From a virus: 64,000 nucleotides of DNA. Made by a program: the position numbers and the translations under genes. Of the stretch, positions 29,474-39,436 are shown piece after piece (within the stretch, counting starts at the first letter, position 1; the number at the start of each line of letters is the position of its first letter). The stretch is from positions 4,429 to 68,428 of the IMG/VR virus record IMGVR_UViG_3300017940_000554, one strand, 5' to 3'. The notes beneath the pieces were generated by a model. The model was not told the origin of the DNA. It saw only the letters and a program-made list of their open reading frames with translations, and searched no databases.

Positions 29474-29860
29474 TCATTCCACCGCGCTCCACGGTTTCAG
29501 TCCGTACTTCTCCCACCGTGGGTCAAACCAACAGTTTTTTGGCGCACCAGCAAAGAACGGAGCAATCTGTTCGTCGATGAATCCTGCTAAACCGCAGCCC
29601 ACACGCACAACTTTAAAATCCAACTCCGAATGAGCCCGCGCGTATTCCAGAAACAGATCCACGCTGACATGAATATCCATCAGATGCCTTACTTTATACG
29701 GCGTTTCCTTGGTCGGAATGGCGTAAGCATCGCCTGTTCGGCCTTCACCCACGCCCCATTGCGCACCGTAACTTTCTACTGCGATCCGCGCCGTACCCGC
29801 ACCGTGAATGCCTTTGCAATTCGAGCCAAAAACGAAAATCCATTTACGAACTATACTCAT
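29474..29860 (-). CDS. macrodomain-like phage protein (A1S_2505-like)
   Basis: IFVFGSN..G.HGAGTA, YAIPTK, VGCGLAG. Confidence 0.7.
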   Translation of the reverse strand: MSIVRKWIFVFGSNCKGIHGAGTARIAVESYGAQWGVGEGRTGDAYAIPTKETPYKVRHLMDIHVSVDLFLEYARAHSELDFKVVRVGCGLAGFIDEQIAPFFAGAPKNCWFDPRWEKYGLKPWSAVE

Positions 29861-30485
29861 CCTGGTTGCCGTCTTTCTGCGCTTCGATCTTCTTGAACGA
29901 AACCGACCACGCCCAAGCGTTCTCCTCCCAATCGGTCTGCTTCAAACCATCGGCAAGAACATCTTCCAAACGAATCGCCTGCAAACGTAGAATCTTGATC
30001 TTGGTGACTTTCAACCATAAGCGCGCTGCCCACCGCGGCATCGTGGTCGGCGTGCGCCACAAATTATCCGAAGCTCCCCGCCCACACTCTTCCGGTTCTT
30101 TGCCTGGAAAATCCGAATAGAAGATGATTCGTTCGCGCCAATAGGGTTGTAAATCTGGCGTCTTTTCCACGCGCCAGTCTAGTGGCATCCGGTAGTCTTC
30201 AAGCTCCATCGGATAGGGCTCTACCCGTGCCCACATCTGCCGTACCCACAACTGGTCTCCCGGAAGCCCATAAGGACAACGCCAGTTCTGGTTTTTATCT
30301 TTGGCATCGTACCAATTAAGACGCGCCATGGTGTCTTGTATCAAGGATTTCGTGTTTTCCGGTTGCGGATAAAGCAACCGATGGGTGTGCGTGATCGTTC
30401 CATTTTCAATGCCTTCAATGCTGCTGGAGGAAAAGCTGATCGGCCGACGGCTCGAAGGCTGGGCGATAGAAACAAGGTTCTTCAT
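29844..30485 (-). CDS. ASCH/PUA-like phage protein
   Basis: CPYG.PGD.LWVR, MPRWAARL.L.VT. Confidence 0.6.
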   Translation of the reverse strand: MKNLVSIAQPSSRRPISFSSSSIEGIENGTITHTHRLLYPQPENTKSLIQDTMARLNWYDAKDKNQNWRCPYGLPGDQLWVRQMWARVEPYPMELEDYRMPLDWRVEKTPDLQPYWRERIIFYSDFPGKEPEECGRGASDNLWRTPTTMPRWAARLWLKVTKIKILRLQAIRLEDVLADGLKQTDWEENAWAWSVSFKKIEAQKDGNQDEYSS

Positions 30486-30838
30486 ACATTCGTCTTTCCC
30501 ACTGTGTGGACGTACACTTTCAGTTCTTTTTCCTGGGCAATCTTAATCATGTGTCGGGTTCCTGGGCTTTTCCCATTCCACAACGCAATCAAAGCGTCGG
30601 CGTAGTCCGCCATGCGCACATTCCGCTGATAGCCTGCGCTATGCCCGTCCTCTTGCCAGCGGGCGGGAAAGCTGACCACCGGAATCGAATGCTGCTCGGC
30701 CCACCAGCGCCCCATCTTGTCTACGCCTCGTGCTTCGCCACAAACGACTTCCGTGATTTCAAAACCGCACGCCCGAATCGCAGCATGAAGCTGTTGCATA
30801 TCGGTAATGGATCGACTGCCGGCGATGATCGTTTTCAC
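30482..30838 (-). CDS. SLOG-family (DUF2493/YspA-like) protein
   Basis: IIAGSR, G.ARGVD, AG..RN..M, WNGKS.GT..MI. Confidence 0.75.
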   Translation of the reverse strand: MKTIIAGSRSITDMQQLHAAIRACGFEITEVVCGEARGVDKMGRWWAEQHSIPVVSFPARWQEDGHSAGYQRNVRMADYADALIALWNGKSPGTRHMIKIAQEKELKVYVHTVGKTNV

Positions 30839-31416
30839 TCTTCGGCTCCCGCACTCAATCCGTCAGACGGTTTGGTCCAGTCTTCCGGCAATCGCATTTT
30901 GGCATACCATCGAAAACCCGAACGCATCCATCCTTCATAACTCACCTGATACCGGTAATGCTTGTTCGATACACACCACTCACCATACGGAGGGTTCATA
31001 TCCTGCAACAACAAGTCATCAAAACCGGGAAGATTTTCCCGAGTAATCAATCTCCAGTCATAGTCTTTTGCAAACTCTGTCACCACCGCATTTTCGTTAT
31101 GGAGTACAGCCTTGCAATGATCCGCAACTTCTGCCGCACGGCCTGCTGATCTTTTTCCGTTTTGATAATTTCCAAGAACTTCTACGGCACTTTTTAACAG
31201 CGTGCGCAACTTTTCCGCTTGTTGTGCAAGCCCCAGCCAAGACCACGAATCATTGCTCAATGGCCCACTTTGTAAAGCATCGGTCATCTCACTTAAAATC
31301 GTCTCTAAGTGCGTGCGCAGGGCATCTTTCTCGCTCACCTCTTGCTCTAGCTCTGCGATATACGCTTCAAGGAATGCCAGCCTTTGGCTACCACAACTAT
31401 TTTCGGCTTCCTGCAT
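30835..31416 (-). CDS. hypothetical protein
   Basis: Coiled-coil ORF in operon. Confidence 0.45.
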   Translation of the reverse strand: MQEAENSCGSQRLAFLEAYIAELEQEVSEKDALRTHLETILSEMTDALQSGPLSNDSWSWLGLAQQAEKLRTLLKSAVEVLGNYQNGKRSAGRAAEVADHCKAVLHNENAVVTEFAKDYDWRLITRENLPGFDDLLLQDMNPPYGEWCVSNKHYRYQVSYEGWMRSGFRWYAKMRLPEDWTKPSDGLSAGAEE

Positions 31417-31654
31417 TTTTCTTCTCTTTCTCCAGTTCCTCGGAGTCCTCCACCAGCCCCCAGATCTCGTCCACATGGATCTGCAAATAGCGAGCCAGCT
31501 TCAGCGCCGTATCCAAACTCGGCCTGCGACCATTTTCTATCTCCAGATAGCTCGACCGCGCAATGCCCGATTTCGCGCTGACTTGGGAAGCCTGAACTCC
31601 AGCCTCATGCCGCAATTCGCGCAAATCCATCAGGAGTTTCACATCCTCTTTCAT
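31397..31654 (-). CDS. XRE-family HTH regulator
   Basis: LRELR...IARSSYLEIENGRRPSLDTALKLA. Confidence 0.8.
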   Translation of the reverse strand: MKEDVKLLMDLRELRHEAGVQASQVSAKSGIARSSYLEIENGRRPSLDTALKLARYLQIHVDEIWGLVEDSEELEKEKKNAGSRK

Positions 31655-31840
31655 CGTCGTTCCTCTCGCCTCATCGGCTTTTCTTCCAGCCAAACCGACC
31701 GTACAGCCTGCTGGTTTGGAAACCGTTTTTCATGCCCCCAATTTTTATTCCAATAACAGTATCCATTTTGAACCAGAAAAACCACATAAAAAGTCATTGT
31801 ATCCAGCTTTTTGTCCAATGCACGCAATTTTTTTACCCCC

Positions 31841-32042
31841 CCACCTGCGGTGGGGCCAATGGGCTTCGCCTTGACTGGGCTATTGGTAGTGGCAATCGCT
31901 CGGAAAGTCCGCTGCATGCAATGCCCTGCGGTGGGGCCAAAGGGCTTCGCCTTGACTGGGCTATTGATCGTGGCAATGGCTGGGGAAGTTTGCTGCATGC
32001 AATGCCCTGCGGTGGGGCCAAAAGGCTTCGCCTTGACTGGGC
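31841..32042 (+). repeat. tandem ~81-nt structured repeats (about 2.5 units) upstream of CRISPR array 2
   Basis: CCTGCGGTGGGGCCAANGGGCTTCGCCTTGACTGGGC-variable hairpin-GCTGCATGCAATGC with 81-nt period. Confidence 0.85.
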
Positions 32043-32080
32043 GAACGGGGGAAGATTTGTAAGACGTGGAAGAGTAGCAA

Positions 32081-32615
32081 GTTGCATCTGTCCGATGCAC
32101 TCTACTTGCATCGCCACCGCTTCAGGATAAGAACGACACTGAGACGCTGCTGTTGCATCTCCCCGATGCACTTTACTTGCGTTGAAATGGCTAGATCGGT
32201 TGATTTACCAACATACAAGGGTTGCATCTACTCGATGCACTCTACTTCGTGACTACTGACGGACACCCTGTTTTGCGTGTGTGGTGCAAGGTTGCATCTG
32301 CACGATGCACTTTAAACCCGTTGCGATCCCAATAAAGGAATGGTTGAACTCCCCAATCCCAGTTGCATCTCCCCGATGCACTTTACCTGTGCTGAAACGG
32401 CTAGGCTAGCCGATTTACCAACACATACAAGGGTTGCATCTACGCGATGCACTTTACCTGCGTTGAGACCGTATAGACCTGCAAGCTTCTGTTGGAGCCT
32501 TGTTGCGTTGCATCTGCCCGATGCACTTCAACTCCATGAAGACACACCTACGGCCTGCCAACGCTAGCCACCAACTGCGTTGCATCTCTCCGATGCACTT
32601 TAATTACGTGAGGTT
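32081..32615 (+). CRISPR. CRISPR array 2 (8 divergent repeats, 7 spacers)
   Basis: GTTGCATCT-N3-CGATGCACT hairpin conserved, 3' half variable. Confidence 0.88.
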
Positions 32616-32846
32616 GGCTTTACTCTTGGCCAAGTGCGTCGGTCTTCACCTTCAGTGTTCCATCGCCAACTCCGGCACTTTCGATTCCAACACCGCGGAG
32701 GCAAAGCTTTGCTTTCGTCGTAGACCTTCTTGGCCTTACAAACATCGCACACCAGGATTTTGCCTTCGATGATCACTCAACCAATGTAACTGATCAGCCT
32801 TTATCTGCCAAATATATAGGTACAGACGCCCTATTTATAGGGTACA

Positions 32847-33548
32847 ATGTGCCTATTACGGCCGTTGCAAATCTCTCTGCTTGGTGCAACGTTTTGGGAA
32901 AAGGAAATGTTGATGGAAAACGCTTCAGTCTATTTTCGCAAATCCCCTAGTCTCAACCCAAAGAAGGCAGAAGAACACCTTCAACAGATGAACGCTCTAA
33001 TCACTCAAAATGGCTGGCATGCGTTTCGTGTTTATTGTGATACTGAACAGCTCAGTAAACCGCATCTTCCTGCCTACGAACAGATGCTCTCCGATGCCGC
33101 CAAGCATCGTTTTGATATTCTCGTTTTTTGGTCGTTGTCGGGATTATCCCAGCAAAACACGGCAAAAACCGTGTTATTGCTGCATCGGCTCTCTTCTTGG
33201 GGGGTTCGTTTTTGTTCCTATACTGAGCCGCACCTGAATACCTGCAACAATCTCAAAGACACTGTTACTTCTCTTCTTGCCACATTGGCTCAACAAAACA
33301 GTTTCTATATCAGCCACCGGACGCGTGCTGGCCTTGAAGATCAGCGTCAAACCAACAAACCTGGTTCCAAAGGCTATTTCGGCCCTGGACGCCCTGCGGT
33401 GGTCTTCGATGAAAAACTCGCGCTTTCTCTTCGCAGCCAGAAAAAAAAGATGTCGTATCAATCTATCGCTGAGAAATGCGGCGTTTCCAAAGCAACCATC
33501 TTTCGTTTTTTCAAATCTCTTGATGCAGAAGACCCAAAGAAAAAATAA
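32847..33548 (+). CDS. degenerate resolvase-like serine recombinase with HTH
   Basis: VYFRKS, RFDILVFWSL, ISHRTRAGL, GRP and HTH; DRLxR replaced by SGLSQ. Confidence 0.7.
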   Translation: MCLLRPLQISLLGATFWEKEMLMENASVYFRKSPSLNPKKAEEHLQQMNALITQNGWHAFRVYCDTEQLSKPHLPAYEQMLSDAAKHRFDILVFWSLSGLSQQNTAKTVLLLHRLSSWGVRFCSYTEPHLNTCNNLKDTVTSLLATLAQQNSFYISHRTRAGLEDQRQTNKPGSKGYFGPGRPAVVFDEKLALSLRSQKKKMSYQSIAEKCGVSKATIFRFFKSLDAEDPKKK

Positions 33549-33589
33549 GTGTCCATTCCCCGCGAAGGCGCTCATCGCGCCTTCGCTTT

Positions 33590-34021
33590 TTATGCCGACG
33601 TAATAGGGATGCGATCCACGGCATGATCCACTGCCGCAAGGCATTCTTCCACCATTTGACGATGGCCTTCTAACGCGTCCTTCCGTGATCGGTAACGCTG
33701 TTGCTTGAATTTCTCAGCTTGAAGACGAGGATTGCGAGCTTTTAAATCTGCTGGAGCTTCCTCCTCGCAGCAAAGAAAAACCATCGTCTCCCACAAAATC
33801 GGTCGATAAGTTGAACTGTGGGCTACCGGCAAGTTGCTCATGTCAATTCCAAGAAAGATCGTCGACACCCGTCCCCAAGCAAACTCCGACAAAGCCACTT
33901 GTGTGTCTGCGGTGGAGTACCATTGCGCCCACGTCAAAATGTCTTGTTCCATTTGCGGATCGCCCTGTTCATCCAAGACATAAGTCCCAACCCACATTTC
34001 GGGATCAATTTCTTCATCCAT
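33590..34021 (-). CDS. hypothetical phage protein
   Basis: VSTIFLGID...PILWETMVF...RY...ALEGH. Confidence 0.6.
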   Translation of the reverse strand: MDEEIDPEMWVGTYVLDEQGDPQMEQDILTWAQWYSTADTQVALSEFAWGRVSTIFLGIDMSNLPVAHSSTYRPILWETMVFLCCEEEAPADLKARNPRLQAEKFKQQRYRSRKDALEGHRQMVEECLAAVDHAVDRIPITSA

Positions 34022-34061
34022 TTGCCGTTCCTTTTTTTAAACTTGTGGAGTAAGGCGCCGT

Positions 34062-35384
34062 TTAACTTTCAAGCGCTCGATACACTCCGGAGCCTATTCG
34101 TTGCAGGGTTCCTTTCTGCACCATATAAGACAAATGCGCATAGAGGTTTTGTTTGGCGCTATCCCGTTTCATCGCCGGCAATTCACAAATGATCTCTTGC
34201 ACGCTCCAGTTGCGGCCAGGATGAGTCTTGAAAAATTCAACGACATCAACGCTGTGGCATACTGTTTTGTCGTCGGCTGACATTTTGTAGGATCGCCGCG
34301 ATCCTCTCTTTTCTTTTTCTGGATGCTTTTTGTGCACAGCATTTGTCATCTGCTGCAAAATAGATTCAATCGGTGCACTCTGTTCCGCCACCAGCGCGCA
34401 GGCGGCAATCACTTCGTCCAACTGTTTCAAGCTATCTTTCTGTTGTTCCCCAAAATACTCTTCTTTATCCAGCCGTTCTTGTAAACCTGCAAGCTGTCCT
34501 CTCAGATCCTTTTGGCGTCTAATCGACTGCTCCAGCATAAAACCAACGTTGGTCTTTGCGGATCGCAATTTATCCACCATCTGAGTCAGTTCCCCGCCAA
34601 ACGGCGTGCTTTGGTCGAGCCAAGTAAGATTCGGAGGCAGTGAAATCGTCGGCGGAGCATCCTCGTAGATGATTCCCTTTTTCTCTTCGGAGATGCTTTC
34701 AAGCGCAGGCATTTCCAAAAGAGTCGCAACAGGCTCTTCCACAACAAGCTCTTCTTCTGCAAGTTCCTCAACTACAGCTTCCTCAACCGCAGTTTCCTCT
34801 ACCGCAGTTTCCTCAACGACAGCTTCCGCAACTATAGCTTCCGCAACTATAGCTTCCGCAATGGCAATTTCTTCTTGGCGAACAACTTTTTCGGGTGCTT
34901 GGTTAATCACTTTCGGTGCAGCTGGTTTGTGAGAAGTATGGTCGGGCACCACAAAGACTTTCGGTGCAGGAGTCGGCACAGGTTCCGGAACAGAAATCGG
35001 TTCTAAAACAACTGCACTTTCAGACTCAAGAAGAACGGTTTTTATCTCTTCTGGCTGTGTTTCAAGGTTTGGTTCTTCAGAAGTAACAACCGGATAAACA
35101 TGAACTGCAAATGGATTTTTTCTTTTCGGCGGTACTATATAACGCGGTCCAACCAGTGCCACATCTTTAAAAGGGTTTTGAGAAACGGAAGGAGCAATGA
35201 AGGCTGGGGCTGATTTCTTTTTCACTTCTTTCGCGGCTTTTTGTCGAGCCACTTTCCCTCCCCAAACCACATGATTGTCGGATTCAACTTTGATCTCTGT
35301 GCTTACGCCAGAACTCAAAATCGTTTCCAATTTGTCTCTCATGGTCGTATTTCGCATATTGATCTCCTGTTGGTTCATCCCCAA
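34062..35384 (-). CDS. hypothetical protein, acidic repeats and C-terminal winged-HTH-like region
   Basis: AIVAE/TAVEE repeats, coiled coil, GTLQRIGSGVY wing. Confidence 0.55.
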   Translation of the reverse strand: MGMNQQEINMRNTTMRDKLETILSSGVSTEIKVESDNHVVWGGKVARQKAAKEVKKKSAPAFIAPSVSQNPFKDVALVGPRYIVPPKRKNPFAVHVYPVVTSEEPNLETQPEEIKTVLLESESAVVLEPISVPEPVPTPAPKVFVVPDHTSHKPAAPKVINQAPEKVVRQEEIAIAEAIVAEAIVAEAVVEETAVEETAVEEAVVEELAEEELVVEEPVATLLEMPALESISEEKKGIIYEDAPPTISLPPNLTWLDQSTPFGGELTQMVDKLRSAKTNVGFMLEQSIRRQKDLRGQLAGLQERLDKEEYFGEQQKDSLKQLDEVIAACALVAEQSAPIESILQQMTNAVHKKHPEKEKRGSRRSYKMSADDKTVCHSVDVVEFFKTHPGRNWSVQEIICELPAMKRDSAKQNLYAHLSYMVQKGTLQRIGSGVYRALES

Positions 35385-35565
35385 AAAGGTTCAAAAAGGG
35401 TGAACGCCCATACTTTAAGAACAAAGCCGCCATTTGTCCACAAAAATTTTACGCGCATCTCTTTAGTCAACAACCCTAAAGCAGAAGAGGAGAACCAAAG
35501 ACGAAGGAATCAACCGGACAAAATCCTGTCCCTTCCCCCGTCTTTGGCCCTTACTTCTTTGGTTC

Positions 35566-36504
35566 TTACATCATAGCTTCAAACTTCGGTTCTGACCAGA
35601 CTTCAACATAGGCCGCCGTTTCCGGGTCCAATTCACGCTCCAAGGTGCGCTCATGCGACACAAAATCCGTCAAAGGCTCCAGCGTCACAATCAAAAACGG
35701 ATCTTGCGCCAATTGTTCCACGTAGAACATCGCTTCGGGCAGTTCGCGCTTGATTTCTACCGCCTTTTGCAACACAAATTCCGGCACCTGCTCTGTGTAT
35801 TCCTTTAAAGATGTAACCCGCCAGGTCGGGTCCACCAATTTGTCTGTTGTCCGGTAATGCTCCGCCATCTGCTTCTTATAAGCAAACACGCTCTTTTCTT
35901 CAAGAATGGTAATCTCCAGTTTCGCCAGCGCACACTTCAGCATTCCTGGTGTGTGCAGCTCTTTCGCCAGCGGCATATAGCCAAGCAGCATTTCGGCCTC
36001 GGTCGCTAGCTTCTTGCGCGGATCATTCAAGTCGATCGCTTCCACTTCCACCGGCACCCGCTTGAGCATCGTCCGTTCCGGTGCCTCCACGGGCGTAGGC
36101 GGCTCCTCTGCAGGTAACCCGGTCGTCTCGGGCCAATCCATCACAGTGCTGTGCGCTGGCTGCACCATAGATGAACGCTGAATGCCTCCGTAACTCGGAG
36201 AATTGGGTAGGTAGTACCAGTAAGAATAATCAGACACAGCATGAGGATCTACCGCAGTGGCAGAAATGCTGTAAAACGGATTTGACTGCGCCTGCTCCTG
36301 CGTCCGATACATCTGCTCCAGCAGGCTCAGGTGGGCGGTCTCCATCGCGTCCTCGGTCCGCACTGTTGCCTGCGGCAGCAGCCGTTGAATCTCTTGCGTA
36401 GAAGGCGCTGTGATCAATCCGTTTCCGCCAGGGGTTGAAGGATTGGACGGATTCATAGTGCGATCCCGCACCGCCGATAATACATTGGCAAAATTAGGCA
36501 TCAT
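35566..36504 (-). CDS. hypothetical protein
   Basis: 312 aa ORF with GGGAG SD. Confidence 0.55.
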   Translation of the reverse strand: MMPNFANVLSAVRDRTMNPSNPSTPGGNGLITAPSTQEIQRLLPQATVRTEDAMETAHLSLLEQMYRTQEQAQSNPFYSISATAVDPHAVSDYSYWYYLPNSPSYGGIQRSSMVQPAHSTVMDWPETTGLPAEEPPTPVEAPERTMLKRVPVEVEAIDLNDPRKKLATEAEMLLGYMPLAKELHTPGMLKCALAKLEITILEEKSVFAYKKQMAEHYRTTDKLVDPTWRVTSLKEYTEQVPEFVLQKAVEIKRELPEAMFYVEQLAQDPFLIVTLEPLTDFVSHERTLERELDPETAAYVEVWSEPKFEAMM

Positions 36505-37019
36505 CTTCTCCCTTCCTTTGAGGAACTTATTTAACTCCCCGTCGACGAATTCGCCTTATCCGGGGGAACACCTTTTGGTTGAGGTTTTCTTACTACACGG
36601 ATCGCGATCAGAGTGTCCGTCCATAACAACAGGAGCAGCCCTCCCAACCCCGTAAAGAAGCTGACGGTACTGCGATAGTTCATTGCCTCAAAAATCGCAT
36701 CCACACAGAAGTAGTTGAAGGCTAGCAACGTCCCACATGCAACAATCAGCAGATATAGCTTCATCCTCTCTGTCACCCTTCGTCCCTTTCTCCTGTCGCA
36801 GCTCCGCTCATGAACCGGTCCAGGAGTTTGTGTGCGCATACTTGCCCGCAAAGATGTTCGGTGCCTTCCTCGTCCAACATCTCTTCCCGCACTGCCCATT
36901 CCCAACTCTGCAAATGGAATCCGGCCTTGGTCTCCGTCAGCACAAACCAATGATTCGCATCTTTGCGTTCCGCTCCACACACGCTGCATACATACATCTT
37001 TTTGAGCGTCATCGTAACC

Positions 37020-37388
37020 TCAAGGCACTTCGTTGTAATCCATCCGCACACTGCCTTTTTTTGAGTTGCACCAGGCGTGTGCGGCGCCGTTATAGGGCTT
37101 CATTTTTCCGGTCAATGGATTAAGCTTTTCAATCCGGTCATCGCGGTGCCCGGCATCCATGCCTCGCCCATCCTGATGCTCAAAGGTGGCATCCGCCAGC
37201 TTCAACGCACCCGGACAATCTTCGATCTTTCCTTCCAGGCAACACCGCTTTTTTTGCCGCAACCACATCATGCGCAATCGGCGTGCGTATTCATCCCGGC
37301 CCGCCTTGGTCAATAGGTTGCAAACCTCGCGGCCATCGTCATACCGGATTCCCCACGGCAGTTTTTCTTTCATGGTTCCTTCTTGCAT
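37020..37388 (-). CDS. HNH-like protein
   Basis: ATFEH ... AAHAWCNSKKG. Confidence 0.55.
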   Translation of the reverse strand: MQEGTMKEKLPWGIRYDDGREVCNLLTKAGRDEYARRLRMMWLRQKKRCCLEGKIEDCPGALKLADATFEHQDGRGMDAGHRDDRIEKLNPLTGKMKPYNGAAHAWCNSKKGSVRMDYNEVP

Positions 37389-37582
37389 CTAGCCATCAAA
37401 AAAGCAGGGGACTGAGGTTTCTTATTCAGTCCCCTCTTTCAAAAAACACAGTTTTTAGCAAACGCTAAAAACTGCTTGAATCGTCCCTGCGGAAGAACTT
37501 CGCAATCCTTACCAATCGCTTATCCTTCCGTTCCTACGGCAGCAGGAGATGCAGGACAATAAAGGTTCTCCAGAGCCTTGTT

Positions 37583-38356
37583 CTAATCAATTGCTTTCAA
37601 ATCCGCCGCCAGCTGCGCCGCATCAAAACCGGAAGGTGCCATTCCGTTGGCCAGCCAATCCGGACTGAACAGCGCATAGGCTTCATCGCAATATGCATTC
37701 CAAAAAGCCGTTGTCATCGGTAGCAGCTCACCCCAGCTAACGCAGGTAAAGCTGGAGGCATCGTACTTCGGCACAAACACGCAGTGGCCACCCCAGCTCC
37801 CCGCCGCAGTATCGCCGCTGCCATCGTCCGGCACCACATCCCATACGGTCTGCTGCTGTGCGCTCAGCGGTAAACTCACTCCGATGTACACACCGCCAAA
37901 CAATGCAATCGCCTGCCGGATCTCCGTCAGGTTCGTCACATTGGCGGCGGCAAATCCCGTCAGTTCGTGACCATCCAGCGCAGCGCCTTTCTGTTTCCAG
38001 TCCGTCAACACATCCAGCTCCACGCCGCCGTTGTCCGTCGAAGCATCGCCGTCCACGTAACCGCACCATTGTTCGTAAGCGGTCAAAGCGTCCGCATCCG
38101 GCAGCGTCACTTCATTTCCCAAGTTTGCCGACCATACTTGAATGGCATGCTGTCGCCCGGCAATCGTGCAATCGCCTAGCTGGTCGTTCAGCATCATCCC
38201 CCAAGCCGTGATGCCCTTGGTCCAGTCCTGCGCCGTTGGAGGCGCGGGCAACGTTGGCGTCAAATAGCGCGCCAGCCGTAGCGTGCGCGTATCGGTTTTA
38301 ATCGCCTTCCGGCCTAGCCGTCGTCCCGGAAACACAATGCGCTCTCTCATCCTCAT
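37583..38356 (-). CDS. papain-like cysteine peptidase
   Basis: NDQLGDCTIA, WGGHCV, VSWG. Confidence 0.6.
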   Translation of the reverse strand: MRMRERIVFPGRRLGRKAIKTDTRTLRLARYLTPTLPAPPTAQDWTKGITAWGMMLNDQLGDCTIAGRQHAIQVWSANLGNEVTLPDADALTAYEQWCGYVDGDASTDNGGVELDVLTDWKQKGAALDGHELTGFAAANVTNLTEIRQAIALFGGVYIGVSLPLSAQQQTVWDVVPDDGSGDTAAGSWGGHCVFVPKYDASSFTCVSWGELLPMTTAFWNAYCDEAYALFSPDWLANGMAPSGFDAAQLAADLKAID

Positions 38357-38374
38357 ATCCTCCAGCAGCTGCTT

Positions 38375-39202
38375 TTACGCTGCTTCCTCATCGCTTCCCG
38401 CCTCTCCGCAGCACAACCGCAAAATCTCGCCCATCTCGTGAATGTGTGCTGCCATCAATCGGCGCAATTCTTCCAGCTCTTCCACCGAGTGCGCTGCCAC
38501 CACGGCCTGCGTTAAACGAGGAATCGACTCTGCAATAAAGCCCACCAGCGTAACCCGCTCACGATATTCGGCAATCATCAGCTCCAGCGCATATCCCGGA
38601 TCGTCGATGCCGTGTTCGTGCTGCCAGTCTTCCAATCCGCGTTCAATCACCTCGCGCTGCGCCTGTTTAATGCGCCATTTGATCGTGACGTATACTTCGC
38701 TGGGAGGCTTGTTCTCGTTCAACGCCGCCCGGCGCACCAGTTCGCTTTCAAAATCCCGTACCGTCATCTCCGCCGCGGCATCAATCAATTCCGGATCACG
38801 CCGCACGCTCTGCGGTGCCTCCGCCAGTTGCTCGGCATTTTCAATCGTCATCGAGAGAAATTGCTCCCGACTCAGTTCTGAAAACCGCTCTGCCAAACCC
38901 ACCATCTTGTACCACGTAGAACGCGCAATGCCGTTTGCTACACGGGTCGCGCGATAATGTTTTTCATCGGCATACCCCAGCCGTTGCCACCCGTTGTGGC
39001 GTTTGATGAACGCGCCTTCCCACCCAATCAGCATCGACCGCTTCGTCAATCCCACCCATGCGTCCACCAGGGTTCGATCACTTTCTCGTAGTTGTTGGTC
39101 CAAGCTCATTTCACTTGGAGTTTCAAACTCTCCCTCTAGCACATTTCCCATCATCACCACCAGATTTTGTTCGCTTCTTTCCACCATTCCGGTTTCCATC
39201 AT
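38375..39202 (-). CDS. hypothetical protein
   Basis: 275 aa ORF with GGAGG SD. Confidence 0.55.
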   Translation of the reverse strand: MMETGMVERSEQNLVVMMGNVLEGEFETPSEMSLDQQLRESDRTLVDAWVGLTKRSMLIGWEGAFIKRHNGWQRLGYADEKHYRATRVANGIARSTWYKMVGLAERFSELSREQFLSMTIENAEQLAEAPQSVRRDPELIDAAAEMTVRDFESELVRRAALNENKPPSEVYVTIKWRIKQAQREVIERGLEDWQHEHGIDDPGYALELMIAEYRERVTLVGFIAESIPRLTQAVVAAHSVEELEELRRLMAAHIHEMGEILRLCCGEAGSDEEAA

Positions 39203-39436
39203 GCCCCTCCCTGTTTCGGTTGCCTGCCTATTCCTTTTCCTCTTCCCGTCCCATGCATTTGTCTACCCAGGAGTGGAAGTGAATCGCCATAGTCTTGGCC
39301 TCGTCCACCGTCAATCCGTTGTCCAAAGAAAAGCTCGACCCGTCTTTGCGCACCGCCAGCACCAGCAGCTTGGCAATGTGCGGACCTTCTTCCACAATCC
39401 GGAAGGCGATTGTCTCCGGTGTTTCTGGTTCTGCTG

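Noticed and set aside
31900-31912. GGAAAGTCC resembling the RNase P core
   Set aside because: No other RNase P elements, and not conserved among repeat units
34780-34862. 15-nt tandem repeats as a possible array
   Set aside because: In-frame coding repeats (AIVAE/TAVEE) of an acidic linker
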